A stretch of DNA of 64,000 nucleotides from an uncultured Holosporaceae bacterium (GTDB taxonomy: Bacteria; Pseudomonadota; Alphaproteobacteria; UBA3830; CASESI01). The translations under genes and the position numbers were made by a program. The DNA lies in assembly GCA_949290705.1 (NCBI GenBank), contig CASESI010000001.1, forward strand, positions 37,783-101,782, read 5' to 3'. Below, piece after piece: positions 1 to 10,358 of the stretch (the stretch's first letter is position 1; each line of letters opens with the position of its first letter). Below the pieces are notes generated by a model. That model was not told where the DNA came from. It worked only from the letters and a program-made list of their open reading frames with translations, and made no database searches.

Positions 1-346
1 TTGCGAATAGTAGTCTTAAATAATCATAAATCTCAGTAACCGTTGCGACAGTAGATCTCGTATTTGTTGACCTAACCTTTTGATCAATTGCAATTGCAGG
101 GGATAATCCTTCTATTTTATCACAATCAGGTTTAGGTAATATATTTAAAAATTGACGAGAATATGGAGATAAACTTTCTACGTAAAGCCTTTGTCCTTCG
201 GCATAGATTGTATCAAACGCCAAAGATGTTTTTCCAGATCCACTCATTCCTGTAATAACAATGAGTTTGTTTTTAGGTATTTCTATATTTATATTTTTAA
301 GATTATGAGTTCTGCACCCAGTTATTTTTATATATTTTTGATCCAT
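1..346 (-). CDS. uvrA: Excinuclease ABC subunit A (UvrA), N-terminal fragment running off the window edge
   Basis: Reverse translation from the ATG at 344-346 gives [55 protein letters not shown]. This is the canonical UvrA N-terminus with Walker A GMSGSGKT. Confidence 0.9.
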   Translation of the reverse strand, partial: MDQKYIKITGCRTHNLKNINIEIPKNKLIVITGMSGSGKTSLAFDTIYAEGQRLYVESLSPYSRQFLNILPKPDCDKIEGLSPAIAIDQKVRSTNTRSTVATVTEIYDYLRLLFA

Positions 347-473
347 AGATTAACTTTCTGTAAGAAAATCGAGCCTGTGATTATATCATAAAATCAACTT
401 TAAACTAAATAGTGATTTTTAGTGGAGAAAAAAATATTATATTCCGAACAAAAAGTATTATAATTTCACAATC

Positions 474-1724
474 ATGAACAAAAAACTTATATTAGGTATA
501 GTTGGTAACGTTATGGAGTGGTTTTGTTACTCTCTATATGGAGCATTTACCGCAAATATAGCGTATCATTTTTTTAGTACAGGTAGTTTACACATTAATT
601 TACTTTTTAGTTATGCAATTTTTGCAGTTGGTTTTTTTATGAGACCAGTTGGAGCGGTGATTTTCGGTTATATAGGTGATAGAGTTGGTAGAGAGAATCT
701 ATTATTTTTATCAATGATGTTAATGGCTATTCCAACATTTTGCATGGCATTAATTCCTTCGTTTTCAGTTATTGGAATTTTAGCACCTATATTGCTTATT
801 ATCATGAGAGGATTGCAAGGGATTGCAATAGGTGGAGAGTATACCGGTGCGATGGTTTACTTGGTAGAACAGGCTCCAAGCAATAAACGTGGATTTTTAG
901 GAAGTTTTGCAGATTTCGGATGCTTGTTTGGCACATTAGTTGGTGGATCGTTGTCAATTCTTGCAATTTCTAATATTTTTGATGAAAAGTTATTTACTGT
1001 AATAGGGTGGAGAATACCATTTTATTTATCGATTTTAATTGTGCCATTGGCTTTTTTTATTAAGATGAGTAGTTCTCAGAAATCGACAAATGTTTCGCAA
1101 GAATTAACAAATACTAGAAAGAAGAATGAAGTGCCTATTATAGAACTTTTAAAAAAGCATTATAAAACAGCGATATATGTTGCTGCATCTTCAGCGTTCA
1201 GTGGTGTTAATTTTTATACATTATTGGTTTTTATGCCTAATTATATTTCCATGATAAATAACGATACAAGTGTTGGTTTCACGAGCACGTTAATTACTAA
1301 TATTGTCATGATTCCTGCTGTTTTAATATCTGGATTTCTTTCTGATAAATTTCGAAGAAAACCATTAATCATAGCTGGGATAATAGGTGTTATGATGTTT
1401 GGGTATCCACTTTTTTCGACCATTGATAATCATACTTTGCATATTGTGATAGAGATGCTTTTTGGAATTTCACTAGGCGTGTATTACGGAGGAAGGTCCG
1501 CTTTTTTTGCAGAAGCATTTCCAAAAAGTATAAGGTGTACAGCGGTTTCATTTTCGTTAAGTATAAGCCATTGTATTTTTGCTGGAACAGCTCCATTTGT
1601 GGCTACATACATTGCAAAAGTGTTTGATATAAGGTGGTTTTATTTATATATCGTTTTAGTATCACTTTTCGCTCTTTATGGATTTATAAAAATAAAAGAC
1701 AGGACAGGAGAGGATTTGCTATAA
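474..1724 (+). CDS. MFS transporter, metabolite:H+ symporter (ProP-like) family
   Basis: 416 aa with a multi-TM profile. MFS loop motif GDRVGRENLL sits between TM2 and TM3, and GGEYTGAMVYLVEQAP is typical of ProP-type symporters. Confidence 0.8.
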   Translation: MNKKLILGIVGNVMEWFCYSLYGAFTANIAYHFFSTGSLHINLLFSYAIFAVGFFMRPVGAVIFGYIGDRVGRENLLFLSMMLMAIPTFCMALIPSFSVIGILAPILLIIMRGLQGIAIGGEYTGAMVYLVEQAPSNKRGFLGSFADFGCLFGTLVGGSLSILAISNIFDEKLFTVIGWRIPFYLSILIVPLAFFIKMSSSQKSTNVSQELTNTRKKNEVPIIELLKKHYKTAIYVAASSAFSGVNFYTLLVFMPNYISMINNDTSVGFTSTLITNIVMIPAVLISGFLSDKFRRKPLIIAGIIGVMMFGYPLFSTIDNHTLHIVIEMLFGISLGVYYGGRSAFFAEAFPKSIRCTAVSFSLSISHCIFAGTAPFVATYIAKVFDIRWFYLYIVLVSLFALYGFIKIKDRTGEDLL

Positions 1725-2641
1725 TGCATGTGCAGTCGAGTTTATCTTATATGGCGAAAGAACATATCCCTGTACTTATAAATAATATAATAAATCTTTT
1801 AAAGCAAAATCCAAATTTTAATGGTGATAATAAAACGGTATTTGTGGATTGCACTTTTGGTAGAGGAGGTTATACACGTGAAATTTTAGAAAATATTTCG
1901 AATTCCAGTGTGATCGCGATCGATAGGGACAAAACTGTACAAAAATATGCAGATGAAATAAAAAATGATTTCTGTGATAGGTTTTCTTTTTATCATTCGA
2001 AATTTAGTAATATAAAAAATGTTGTTAGAAGTACAGGAATAGAATCTGTCGATGCAATTTTAGTAGATTTAGGTGTGTCTTCGATGCAGATTGATACAAA
2101 AGAAAGAGGATTTTCCTTTCAAGAGGATGCTCCCCTTGATATGAGGATGGGATTATGTGATATATCGGCTTATGATGTCGTGAATAAATTTTCTAAATCA
2201 GAATTGGAGTGTATCATACGCGATTATGGGGAAGAATATAGGTATAAAAATATTGTTCAAAAAATAGTTAATGCTCGCAAAATATCTCCAATAAAAACTA
2301 CATTGGAACTTGCAAATATAGTTAAATCTGCATATTGGAATTATTCAAAAATTCATCCTGCTACGAAAACTTTTCAAGCTATAAGGATTTTTGTTAATAA
2401 AGAACTTGAAGAGTTGCAAAAAAATGTTAGAATATCGTCAGAGATGTTAAAAAAAAGTGGTATGATGTTTGTTGTGTCTTTTCACTCAATGGAAGATAGA
2501 ATAGTGAAGCATTTTTTTAAGTCTCTTGGAGATGAATATGTATTAATTAATAAGAAACCAATTATTCCATCCGATGAAGAAATTTCGTCTAATTCTAGGG
2601 CTAGGTCTGCGAAAATGAGAGTGATTCAGAGGGGATGTTAA
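1724..2641 (+). CDS. rsmH: 16S rRNA (cytosine1402-N4)-methyltransferase RsmH/MraW
   Basis: Motifs HIPVL, FVDCTFGRGGYT, LVDLGVSSMQID and SFHSMEDRIVK. I placed the start at the ATG overlapping the upstream TAA (TAATG); the longer ORF from 1634 overlaps the MFS gene. Confidence 0.9.
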   Translation: MHVQSSLSYMAKEHIPVLINNIINLLKQNPNFNGDNKTVFVDCTFGRGGYTREILENISNSSVIAIDRDKTVQKYADEIKNDFCDRFSFYHSKFSNIKNVVRSTGIESVDAILVDLGVSSMQIDTKERGFSFQEDAPLDMRMGLCDISAYDVVNKFSKSELECIIRDYGEEYRYKNIVQKIVNARKISPIKTTLELANIVKSAYWNYSKIHPATKTFQAIRIFVNKELEELQKNVRISSEMLKKSGMMFVVSFHSMEDRIVKHFFKSLGDEYVLINKKPIIPSDEEISSNSRARSAKMRVIQRGC

Positions 2642-2693
2642 GAATTTTTTTATAATTAGTATTATATTGTTGCTGTGGTGGAAATAGTTTATT

Positions 2694-2993
2694 GTGATTA
2701 AGAATTCTATTTTTTTGGTTTTTTGTATTTTTGTATTATTCGAGGTGAAGTACTCTTCTATTTCTATTGAAGAAAGAATTGAAGAAAATATTTCATTGGA
2801 AGCAAAACTTGAAGAAGAATACAGAATATTACAAGCTGATTGGAAATTCTTAACTTCTCCTGACAGAATACAAAGACTTAGCAATATGTATTTAGGATTA
2901 CGTGAGACAGAGCCGTTTCAAATAAAAACAATTGACGCATATAGAGAAAAAACAATTTATACTGTTAATAAGAAAAAAATAAAAAGTTTTTAA
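2694..2993 (+). CDS. ftsL: Cell division protein FtsL (alphaproteobacterial type)
   Basis: 99 aa with an N-terminal TM helix followed by a coiled coil. Contains the LQADWKFLTSPDRIQRLSNMYLGL motif and sits between rsmH and ftsI. Confidence 0.7.
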   Translation: MIKNSIFLVFCIFVLFEVKYSSISIEERIEENISLEAKLEEEYRILQADWKFLTSPDRIQRLSNMYLGLRETEPFQIKTIDAYREKTIYTVNKKKIKSF

Positions 2994-3053
2994 TTAAATA
3001 GTTACATATTTTTGTTACAATTGTCAGATGAAAAGAGTAGTGCGTTTGTTGTT

Positions 3054-4625
3054 ATGTTTACCATGAATACAAATAATGTAAAAGAAAAGAAAGAACGTGT
3101 GGTTTATATTGCATGCGCGGTATTTCTCATTTTTTGTTATATAGTGGTGAAAATTCTTTCAATTTCTAGTAGTGGATCTTCTTCGCGCAGATTTTTTATG
3201 TCAGGTGTATCATTTGATGTTGAAAAGAGATCAGATATTCTGGATAGAAACGGTAACATAATCGCTAATAATATTCCTACGATTTCTGCATATTTAAAAC
3301 CAAATGAAATGGATATTTCTAAGAATGAATTTCTTGAGCATATATCTCAAATATTTCCAGAACGTTGCAGTGTAATTAAAAAAGATTTTGAAAAGGGAAA
3401 AAATTTTATTTGGATAAAACGCCATATGACGCCTAATCAAAAGTTACAATTGATGAATCTTGGGCTTGCCGGGATATATGTGCAGAACACTCTAAAAAGG
3501 GTTTATCCTAATAGAAATTTGATGTCGCATGTGATAGGTGTTGTTGATATAGATGGGAATGGTATTTCTGGTATTGAGAAAAAATTTAATGACCAAATAC
3601 TCAGTTCAGAAGAGCCTTTGATGACGACCATCGATATAAAACTTCAACATGCAATGCGAGATGAGCTACAGAAAGGTATAGATGAATTTCAAGCTCAAGG
3701 AGGATGCGGAATATTGATGGATAGGACCAATGGAGAAATTTTATCACTTGTATCGTTACCAGATTTTGATCCTAATCAACCATCAAATGGAGACCACGTT
3801 TTTAATATTGCAACTTATGGTTTGTATGAACCTGGATCGATTGCAAAGATATTTAATGTTGCGATAGGACTTGAAAGTAAAAAAATTTCACTTAATTCAG
3901 AATTTGATATTTCTAAACCTTTGAGAATAGGGCGATTTACAATAAGTGATTTTAAACAAAAATCAGGAAAATTTTCTGTAGCAGATATTTTTAAGTATTC
4001 ATCCAACATAGGGTCTGCACAAATTGCTATGGAGTTTGGAGAAGATATACAAAAGGAATATTTTCAGAAATTTGGACTATTAGATAAGTTGGATTTTGAT
4101 TTAGAGGAAGTTAGTTCTCCTATTATTCCTGATCATTGGAAGAAAGCAGCGTTGATGACATTAAGTTTTGGTCATGGCATAGCAATTACTCCGTTGCATA
4201 TGATAACTGCAATTGCTGGGATTTCAAATAATGGAAAGATGTATGCTCCGAAGCTTATAAAAGATTCTAATTACAAATTCAACCAAATAGTATCTGTGAA
4301 AACTTCAAAGATGATACGCGATATTATGAGAACAGTTGTAAGAGAATCATCAGGAAGAAAAGCTAATATAGAAGGGTACAATGTTGATGGAAAAACAGGA
4401 ACTGCGGAAAAGGTTGTGAACGGGTATTATAACAAGAAATCAAATGTTTGTTTCTTTGTTGGTAATTTTGATAAATATACCATTCTTATTATGCTTGATT
4501 CTCCACATGGAAATGAGTCTACATATGGATTTGCAACAGCGAATTGGAATGCAACAAAAGTCGCTGGTAAGGTGATAAAAAGAGTTGGTGCCGTGCTCGG
4601 AATTCCACCTGAAACTGTGAACTAA
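3054..4625 (+). CDS. ftsI: Peptidoglycan D,D-transpeptidase FtsI (PBP3, class B PBP)
   Basis: TM anchor plus the transpeptidase motifs SxxK (GSIAKIF), SxN (YSSNIG) and KTG (GKTGTAEK). Lies in dcw gene order. The start is uncertain: TTG 3012, ATG 3054 or ATG 3063. Confidence 0.9.
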   Translation: MFTMNTNNVKEKKERVVYIACAVFLIFCYIVVKILSISSSGSSSRRFFMSGVSFDVEKRSDILDRNGNIIANNIPTISAYLKPNEMDISKNEFLEHISQIFPERCSVIKKDFEKGKNFIWIKRHMTPNQKLQLMNLGLAGIYVQNTLKRVYPNRNLMSHVIGVVDIDGNGISGIEKKFNDQILSSEEPLMTTIDIKLQHAMRDELQKGIDEFQAQGGCGILMDRTNGEILSLVSLPDFDPNQPSNGDHVFNIATYGLYEPGSIAKIFNVAIGLESKKISLNSEFDISKPLRIGRFTISDFKQKSGKFSVADIFKYSSNIGSAQIAMEFGEDIQKEYFQKFGLLDKLDFDLEEVSSPIIPDHWKKAALMTLSFGHGIAITPLHMITAIAGISNNGKMYAPKLIKDSNYKFNQIVSVKTSKMIRDIMRTVVRESSGRKANIEGYNVDGKTGTAEKVVNGYYNKKSNVCFFVGNFDKYTILIMLDSPHGNESTYGFATANWNATKVAGKVIKRVGAVLGIPPETVN

Positions 4626-6277
4626 ACTTTTAATGATTTTATAATTGTATTTTTGATGCTTTGTTCAGCGAAAGTTTTTACAATTTGCTCGAGTGAGTCA
4701 GAGAGATTTTGCAATTCATAGAGATTATCATATGAGTTGGTAATTTCAGTTTTTAATTGTTTCATTGTTTCTAAAGTATCACTGTCAATCATTTCAGGAT
4801 TATTTTTTTGAAATTTATTGATATAATCTATAAGGTTGTTAGCTCTTAATTTTGCTTCGTATAATAATCTTAATTTTATATCACCTTTTCCTTCTTCCGA
4901 GTCTTTAATGAGAATAGTTTCAACTTTTTTCTTATCAAGATTATAAATAGGGTTGATTGTAATTTCTTCATTAATATCGTTGTCAGTCCAAGCATTCACA
5001 GATAATATTCCATCTATATCGATTTTAAATTTTACATAGATTTTTGGTTTACCACTTGGAAGATTTTTCAAAATTATTGTTCCAAGCGATGTACAATATT
5101 TCGCGACTTCTCTTTCACCTTGTAGAATATTTATTTTTATATTTTTTTGATCAGGCGAATCTTTCGTGTAAATTTCAGTTTTTTCAATTGGTATCTGGGA
5201 GTTACGTTTGATAATTGGATCTACAAATCCGCCGAAAATTTCTATCCCGAGTGTTAATGGAGTGACATCTATTAAAGATTTTGATTTCTTGTTTACTATA
5301 AAATCAGCATATTTTGCAGCTCCTATTGCAACAATTATGTCGGGGGATTTTGTTATTATTTTTGATTCATTTACGTTAATTGATTTTGCAAGAATATTTT
5401 TAATGAAAGAAAATTTTGAGGATCCACCGACAAGAATAATATTTTCAAAATTTATATTACAATCATCAATTGTATTTTTTACGATTTCTATTGTTTTAGA
5501 GATATATTTTTCAGCGATGGTTTTTATCTCTAAGGATACCATTCTTACGGTTTCAATATGATCGATATCTGAGTAATACGAAAAATTTACACTTTTGTCA
5601 TCATCAGTGATTGATGATTTTAATTTTTCTATTGAAATTTTATTTTTGAAGAATAAATTTTCTGGCAAGATTATGTGATATTTATTTTTTAAAAGTTCAA
5701 TTATTTCATTATCAATGTCATCTCCTCCAAGGTTAAGATTTCCTCCAGTTTTTAGTACTTTGAATACACCAAGTTTGTATTCAACAACAGAAAAGTCGAA
5801 TGTTCCACCTCCGAAGTCGTAAACTCCGTAAATTCCATCTTTTTTTAAATCATGCCCAAAAATTGCAGCTGTTGGTTCACTTAAAATTTTTAAAGTTGTA
5901 AAACCAGCATTATTCGCAGAATTCTTCATTGTATTTCTTTGAATATCGTTAAAATATGCCGGGACAGTTAATACAACTTTTGCATTGAGATTATTTTGAT
6001 CACAGATATTATCGCGCAAAAATTGAAAAATATCTTTGTATATACTTTCTATAGAATGGCCATTGAAATTTTTTTTAGTTCCCAAGAACTTTTTTACAGA
6101 AAATATAGATTTATCGTTTTGTTCGCCAAGGTCGAATGAATTCTTAGAATCATAATTCACAGTTGATGGAAGAATCATTTTCCCTTTTAATTTTATATTT
6201 TCTAACTTTCCATCGTCAGCAGAAAATACGACTGTATTTGTTGTGCCAAAATCTATACCAAAAACTTTCTCTGTCAT
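4622..6277 (-). CDS. hscA: Hsp70-family Fe-S cluster assembly chaperone HscA
   Basis: Hsp70 ATPase motifs GIDFGTTNTVV, DFGGGTFDFSV and VGGSSKF, plus substrate-binding domain VTPLTLGIE...LQGERE. At 551 aa it is short, HscA-like rather than DnaK-like. Divergent from a cysteine desulfurase gene. Confidence 0.8.
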   Translation of the reverse strand: MTEKVFGIDFGTTNTVVFSADDGKLENIKLKGKMILPSTVNYDSKNSFDLGEQNDKSIFSVKKFLGTKKNFNGHSIESIYKDIFQFLRDNICDQNNLNAKVVLTVPAYFNDIQRNTMKNSANNAGFTTLKILSEPTAAIFGHDLKKDGIYGVYDFGGGTFDFSVVEYKLGVFKVLKTGGNLNLGGDDIDNEIIELLKNKYHIILPENLFFKNKISIEKLKSSITDDDKSVNFSYYSDIDHIETVRMVSLEIKTIAEKYISKTIEIVKNTIDDCNINFENIILVGGSSKFSFIKNILAKSINVNESKIITKSPDIIVAIGAAKYADFIVNKKSKSLIDVTPLTLGIEIFGGFVDPIIKRNSQIPIEKTEIYTKDSPDQKNIKINILQGEREVAKYCTSLGTIILKNLPSGKPKIYVKFKIDIDGILSVNAWTDNDINEEITINPIYNLDKKKVETILIKDSEEGKGDIKLRLLYEAKLRANNLIDYINKFQKNNPEMIDSDTLETMKQLKTEITNSYDNLYELQNLSDSLEQIVKTFAEQSIKNTIIKSLKV

Positions 6278-6339
6278 AATTAATCTAATTTTAATATTTT
6301 CTGGTGTTTAATTATAGACATATTTTATAGAATATTCCT

Positions 6340-7899
6340 ATGAAGATAAAGACAGTGCTTTTTTTAACGTGTGCTTTTGGATTTAACAATTTTATATCAA
6401 GTAATGATTTTATGATAGATATAGAATCTATTTTAGAGAATAATGAATTGCAACTCGATTTAGATAAGTATATATTGAAAATTCTTCATAAAGGTGCAAA
6501 TAAACAAGGTTTTGGATATTCATCTTTGAAAAGTTTCATTGCGACTGATCCTATTAAGGTGAATGATAATAAAATAGGCATGAAACCTAGTACCCCGATT
6601 GTTACAAGTAGTATAGATAATTCTAATAAATCAAAAAAATTGCAAAATGTTATAGAGCCTGTAATATCTCGTGTGAATCAATCTGACATTATATATTTGG
6701 ATTATCAAGGATCTACGCCATGTTATGATGTCGATGTACGAAGGTTATTTTTAGATACGTTGCGATATCCAGGAAATCCAAGTGCTGTTAACAGGAGAGG
6801 AAAGTTTCTACATAAAGCGTATAATCATGCAAGAAAAGTTTTTGCTAATTTAATTAACTCTTCAGAAGATGAGATAATATTTACATCTGGTGCGACTGAA
6901 TCCAATAATATTGCGATTTTGGGTTATGTAAGAAGTTTACCAAAGGATTCACATGTAATTACAACTTCGATAGAACATGCAAGTGTACTTAATACATTTA
7001 AGGCACTTAAAAATGATGGGTATGACGTTACAATTTTGAAAGTTAACAAAGATGGTATAGTTGATATAGATTCTTTCACAAAATCAATATCTCCTAAGAC
7101 TAAATTTGTTTCAATAATGTATGTTAATAATGAAATAGGAACTATCCAAAATATTAAGGAAATAGGAGCAATTTGTAGGGAAAAGGGCATAGTATTTCAC
7201 ACAGATGCATCTCAGGCATTCGGAAAGTTGAATATAGATGTAAAAGATTTAAATGTTGATATGTTGTCCGCATCTGGACAAAAGGTGTATGCAATTCCAG
7301 GTATTGGTTTATTATATGTGTCGAATAAATTAAAGTCACAGTTGAAGCCTATTATGTATGGAGGGGAACAACAATACGGAATAAGGCCAGGAACAATTCC
7401 TGTTGCGTTAATAATAGCTTTTGCAAAGGCATCAGAAATTACATATAAAAATCTTGCATCAACAAATGATAAAATGGAAAAATTGCGAACAAAAATTAAT
7501 AACGCTATGATTTCTTTAAATAATGAATTAGATAATGTTGATGGCAAACCAGTTGTTGAGTTGAATGGATCTTCTACAGATCGTATCTTGGGAAATTTAA
7601 ATTATTCTATAAGAGGTGTTAATCCAGATGATTTGTTAAAATACCTGAATGATGAGTTTGCTGTGTCCTTTGGATCAGCATGTGAATCTGGCAAAGGATC
7701 TTCTCATGTTATAGTGGCAATCGATAAAGATTTAGAAAAATCACCAACCAACTTAAGGATAGGATTTGGAAGATTTACATCAAAGAAAAATGTTGAGAAA
7801 TTTGTGGAAAGGTTGACTCATGCTATAAGGTATTTGCGCAAAACATATCCTGATAAAGGGCAAAGATCATGTGTTGTAAGTGATAAAATATCAATTTAA
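6340..7899 (+). CDS. Cysteine desulfurase, IscS/NifS family, with an N-terminal extension of about 115 aa
   Basis: Core from IYLDYQGSTP onward. Motifs FTSGATESNN and HTDASQAFGK, PLP-lysine context SASGQKVY, catalytic Cys in FGSACESG. The N-terminus MKIKTVLFLTCAFGFNNFISS is hydrophobic and signal-like. Confidence 0.85.
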   Translation: MKIKTVLFLTCAFGFNNFISSNDFMIDIESILENNELQLDLDKYILKILHKGANKQGFGYSSLKSFIATDPIKVNDNKIGMKPSTPIVTSSIDNSNKSKKLQNVIEPVISRVNQSDIIYLDYQGSTPCYDVDVRRLFLDTLRYPGNPSAVNRRGKFLHKAYNHARKVFANLINSSEDEIIFTSGATESNNIAILGYVRSLPKDSHVITTSIEHASVLNTFKALKNDGYDVTILKVNKDGIVDIDSFTKSISPKTKFVSIMYVNNEIGTIQNIKEIGAICREKGIVFHTDASQAFGKLNIDVKDLNVDMLSASGQKVYAIPGIGLLYVSNKLKSQLKPIMYGGEQQYGIRPGTIPVALIIAFAKASEITYKNLASTNDKMEKLRTKINNAMISLNNELDNVDGKPVVELNGSSTDRILGNLNYSIRGVNPDDLLKYLNDEFAVSFGSACESGKGSSHVIVAIDKDLEKSPTNLRIGFGRFTSKKNVEKFVERLTHAIRYLRKTYPDKGQRSCVVSDKISI

Positions 7900-7922
7900 T
7901 AATGTTAAGCGTTGAAAAAATT

Positions 7923-7947
7923 GCTATACTATTAGTATAGCTTTAAT
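7923..7947. terminator. Perfect 8-bp hairpin (GCTATACT-ATT-AGTATAGC) after the iscS-like gene; candidate terminator or operator
   Basis: Stem 7923-7930 pairs with 7934-7941 around a 3-nt loop. An A-run lies upstream and TTTAATAAT downstream. The stem is AT-rich and the T-tract is weak. Confidence 0.3.
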
Positions 7948-7986
7948 AATATTGTATTATATTGTAGTTAGTAGTCGAGGTTGTTT

Positions 7987-9498
7987 ATGAAATTTAGGCT
8001 TAGTAGTTTGACATATTGCTTTTTGTTGGTTGGTTTTGGCACTTATAGCAATGTTTTTTCGAAAAGTGACATAAGAAGTGTTGATATAAAACAGAGGATA
8101 GAATCAGTGAAGGGGGTTGATAGTTCTGTTCTTATAAGTAGAAAACAAAAAGATGAAGAGTTTCCAATTGAAAAAGCGATAGCTTTGGCATATTCAAATA
8201 ACCCGCAAATTAAAACTGCTGTTGCTGCGAAAATGGTTGCAGACGAGCAATTGGCGCAGGTTTTTTCAGAGTTTTATCCAACTATTACAGCAAAATTATC
8301 TACTGGTATAGAGTCATCAAGGGCACAGCACAACGATACCAATACGAAAATGTATAAACATTCTATGGGTGTTGATTTTGTTTTAAATTTATATGGTGAC
8401 GGAACGCTTACAAAATTAGATAAAGTCCATCTGGCATTAATTGCTGAGAGGTATAACTATATAAAAATTGAACAAGATATATTGTTGAGGACTGTATCGG
8501 CATTTATGGATGTTTGGAGTGCTGCGGAACAGGTGAAGATATATGAAAAAATGAGGAATAATTTTAAGGAATGCGTGGAATTCTCAGAAGCTCATCTTAA
8601 AGCTGGTCTTTCAAAGTATCAAGATTTGGCGTCATTTAAAGCTTCATATTCAGATGCTGAATATAAATTGACCAATGCGAAGGCTGCTCTAAAGAGTGCT
8701 AAGGCTTTGTTGGCGCAATATATTGGTAAAAAGCCGAAAGGTGTTGTAGTAATTCCGTCATTCGTGATTGATATTCCTAGTGATATAAAGTTATTGAAAC
8801 AAGAAGCAGAGAAACGTAATGCTGGATTGTTAGCAGAAAAATATAAAGCAGATGCTGCAAATGTTGAAATAAGTGTACAGGCTTCATGTTTCTCGCCTTT
8901 ATTGAATTTGGAAGGTGGAATTGAGAGAGGTTTGATAGGAAAAAATCGTACAACAACGAATTCTGGTGTGACATTTGGTAATCATGAAAAAAATGATACA
9001 TATAATGCTGGGTTTGTTGTGACGATGCCTATTTGGAAGAATAGTACCAGCGGAGGTGCTAACCCATATTCCGCAGTTAGAAAAGCAAAGATGGAATCAA
9101 CGGCAGCTAGTTTTAATGTTGCAAATGTGAGAAATTCTTTACTTTCTGATGTTTCTAAATCATGGTACAGCCTTGTTGCATCAAAGGCCCAAATTGATCA
9201 AAGTATAGCTGCTGTAAAGAGTGCTGAGGTTTCAGTTGATGGATATAGGGAACAGGAAAAATTAGGTGCCTCTTCCGCAACTGACGTTGTTTATAACGAA
9301 AATAAATTGTTAGAAGCAAGATTGCAGTATGTTGAAGCAAGAAAGAAATATATAGTTTCTGCGTACCAAATAAAATCGATTTTAGGTGAGATAACTCCTG
9401 ATTTTGAGAAATATTCAATAGAAAAGCACGATATTACTTCTAATGAGAACTTTGTTAAATATGCTCCTGTTAGTACAAAGGTTGCAAAAATAAAATAA
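7987..9498 (+). CDS. tolC: TolC-family outer membrane efflux protein
   Basis: Signal peptide, then an OEP-family start (IEKAIALAYSNNPQIK) and a two-repeat alpha-helical/beta-barrel pattern. About 500 aa. Confidence 0.8.
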   Translation: MKFRLSSLTYCFLLVGFGTYSNVFSKSDIRSVDIKQRIESVKGVDSSVLISRKQKDEEFPIEKAIALAYSNNPQIKTAVAAKMVADEQLAQVFSEFYPTITAKLSTGIESSRAQHNDTNTKMYKHSMGVDFVLNLYGDGTLTKLDKVHLALIAERYNYIKIEQDILLRTVSAFMDVWSAAEQVKIYEKMRNNFKECVEFSEAHLKAGLSKYQDLASFKASYSDAEYKLTNAKAALKSAKALLAQYIGKKPKGVVVIPSFVIDIPSDIKLLKQEAEKRNAGLLAEKYKADAANVEISVQASCFSPLLNLEGGIERGLIGKNRTTTNSGVTFGNHEKNDTYNAGFVVTMPIWKNSTSGGANPYSAVRKAKMESTAASFNVANVRNSLLSDVSKSWYSLVASKAQIDQSIAAVKSAEVSVDGYREQEKLGASSATDVVYNENKLLEARLQYVEARKKYIVSAYQIKSILGEITPDFEKYSIEKHDITSNENFVKYAPVSTKVAKIK

Positions 9499-9569
9499 AG
9501 TTTTTACTTACATTTTTTACTGTTTATAATTGTATCTACGTTACATGATTTGTGTGGTAGTGTTTTTTT

Positions 9570-10358
9570 ATGATTTACTCTAAAGATGATTTTAAATTGA
9601 TGCGCAAAGCGTCGAAACTCGCAATGATGACTTTGGATTTTATAGATGAATATGTAAAGGCTGGCATAACTACGGAAGAACTTGATAATTTATGTAATGA
9701 ATTTATTGTTAAAAATGGTGGAATTTCTGCGTGTAAAGGGTACAGCGGGTATCCAAAATATACTTGCATTTCTTTGAATCATGTTATATGTCACGGAATT
9801 CCTACTGATAAGCGGAAATTGCATGAGGGAGATATTTTAAATATAGATGTTACTGTGATAGTTGATGGATTTTTTGGCGATACGAGTAGGATGTATAAAG
9901 TTGGAAAAATACAACCTATTGCTCAAAAATTAATTGATGTTACGTACCAATCTCTGTGGGATGCGATTCTCGCTATTAAGCCGTTTGATCCATTAAATAA
10001 AGTTGGTGATGTTATTTCCAAAACCATTTCTAAGACAGGATTTTCGGTTGTAAGAGATTTTTGTGGACATGGTGTGGGACGAAGGTTTCATGAAGATCCT
10101 ACTGTCTTACATTTCAAGAATAAATATTCAGAAGAACCATTAAAGCCTGGAATGATTTTTACAATTGAACCAATGATTAATGTCGGAAAGCCTGATACGA
10201 AGACATTGTCCGATGGATGGACATCTGTTACAAAAGATCATTCATTATCTGCACAATTTGAACACTCAATTGGAATTACTGATAAAGGTGTTGAGGTTTT
10301 TACAATTACAGACGAAGAGGAAAAAATATACGGAAAATTTTTGGATAAGTGGAATTAG
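9570..10358 (+). CDS. map: Methionine aminopeptidase, type I
   Basis: Motifs CHGIP, GDILNIDVTV, FCGHGVGRRFHE, FTIEPM and FEHSI (metal ligands). Confidence 0.95.
   Translation: MIYSKDDFKLMRKASKLAMMTLDFIDEYVKAGITTEELDNLCNEFIVKNGGISACKGYSGYPKYTCISLNHVICHGIPTDKRKLHEGDILNIDVTVIVDGFFGDTSRMYKVGKIQPIAQKLIDVTYQSLWDAILAIKPFDPLNKVGDVISKTISKTGFSVVRDFCGHGVGRRFHEDPTVLHFKNKYSEEPLKPGMIFTIEPMINVGKPDTKTLSDGWTSVTKDHSLSAQFEHSIGITDKGVEVFTITDEEEKIYGKFLDKWN

Noticed and set aside
1634-1723. N-terminal extension of the rsmH ORF that overlaps the MFS transporter gene by 90 nt.
   Set aside because: The extension has no similarity to RsmH. The conserved protein begins near the ATG at 1724, which forms a TAATG stop/start junction with the upstream gene.
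10355-10358. Overlapping convergent stop codons (map/dnaE, ftsI/hscA at 4622-4625) and abutting comEC/rho ends.
   Set aside because: This is consistent with general genome compaction and is not a specific regulatory feature.
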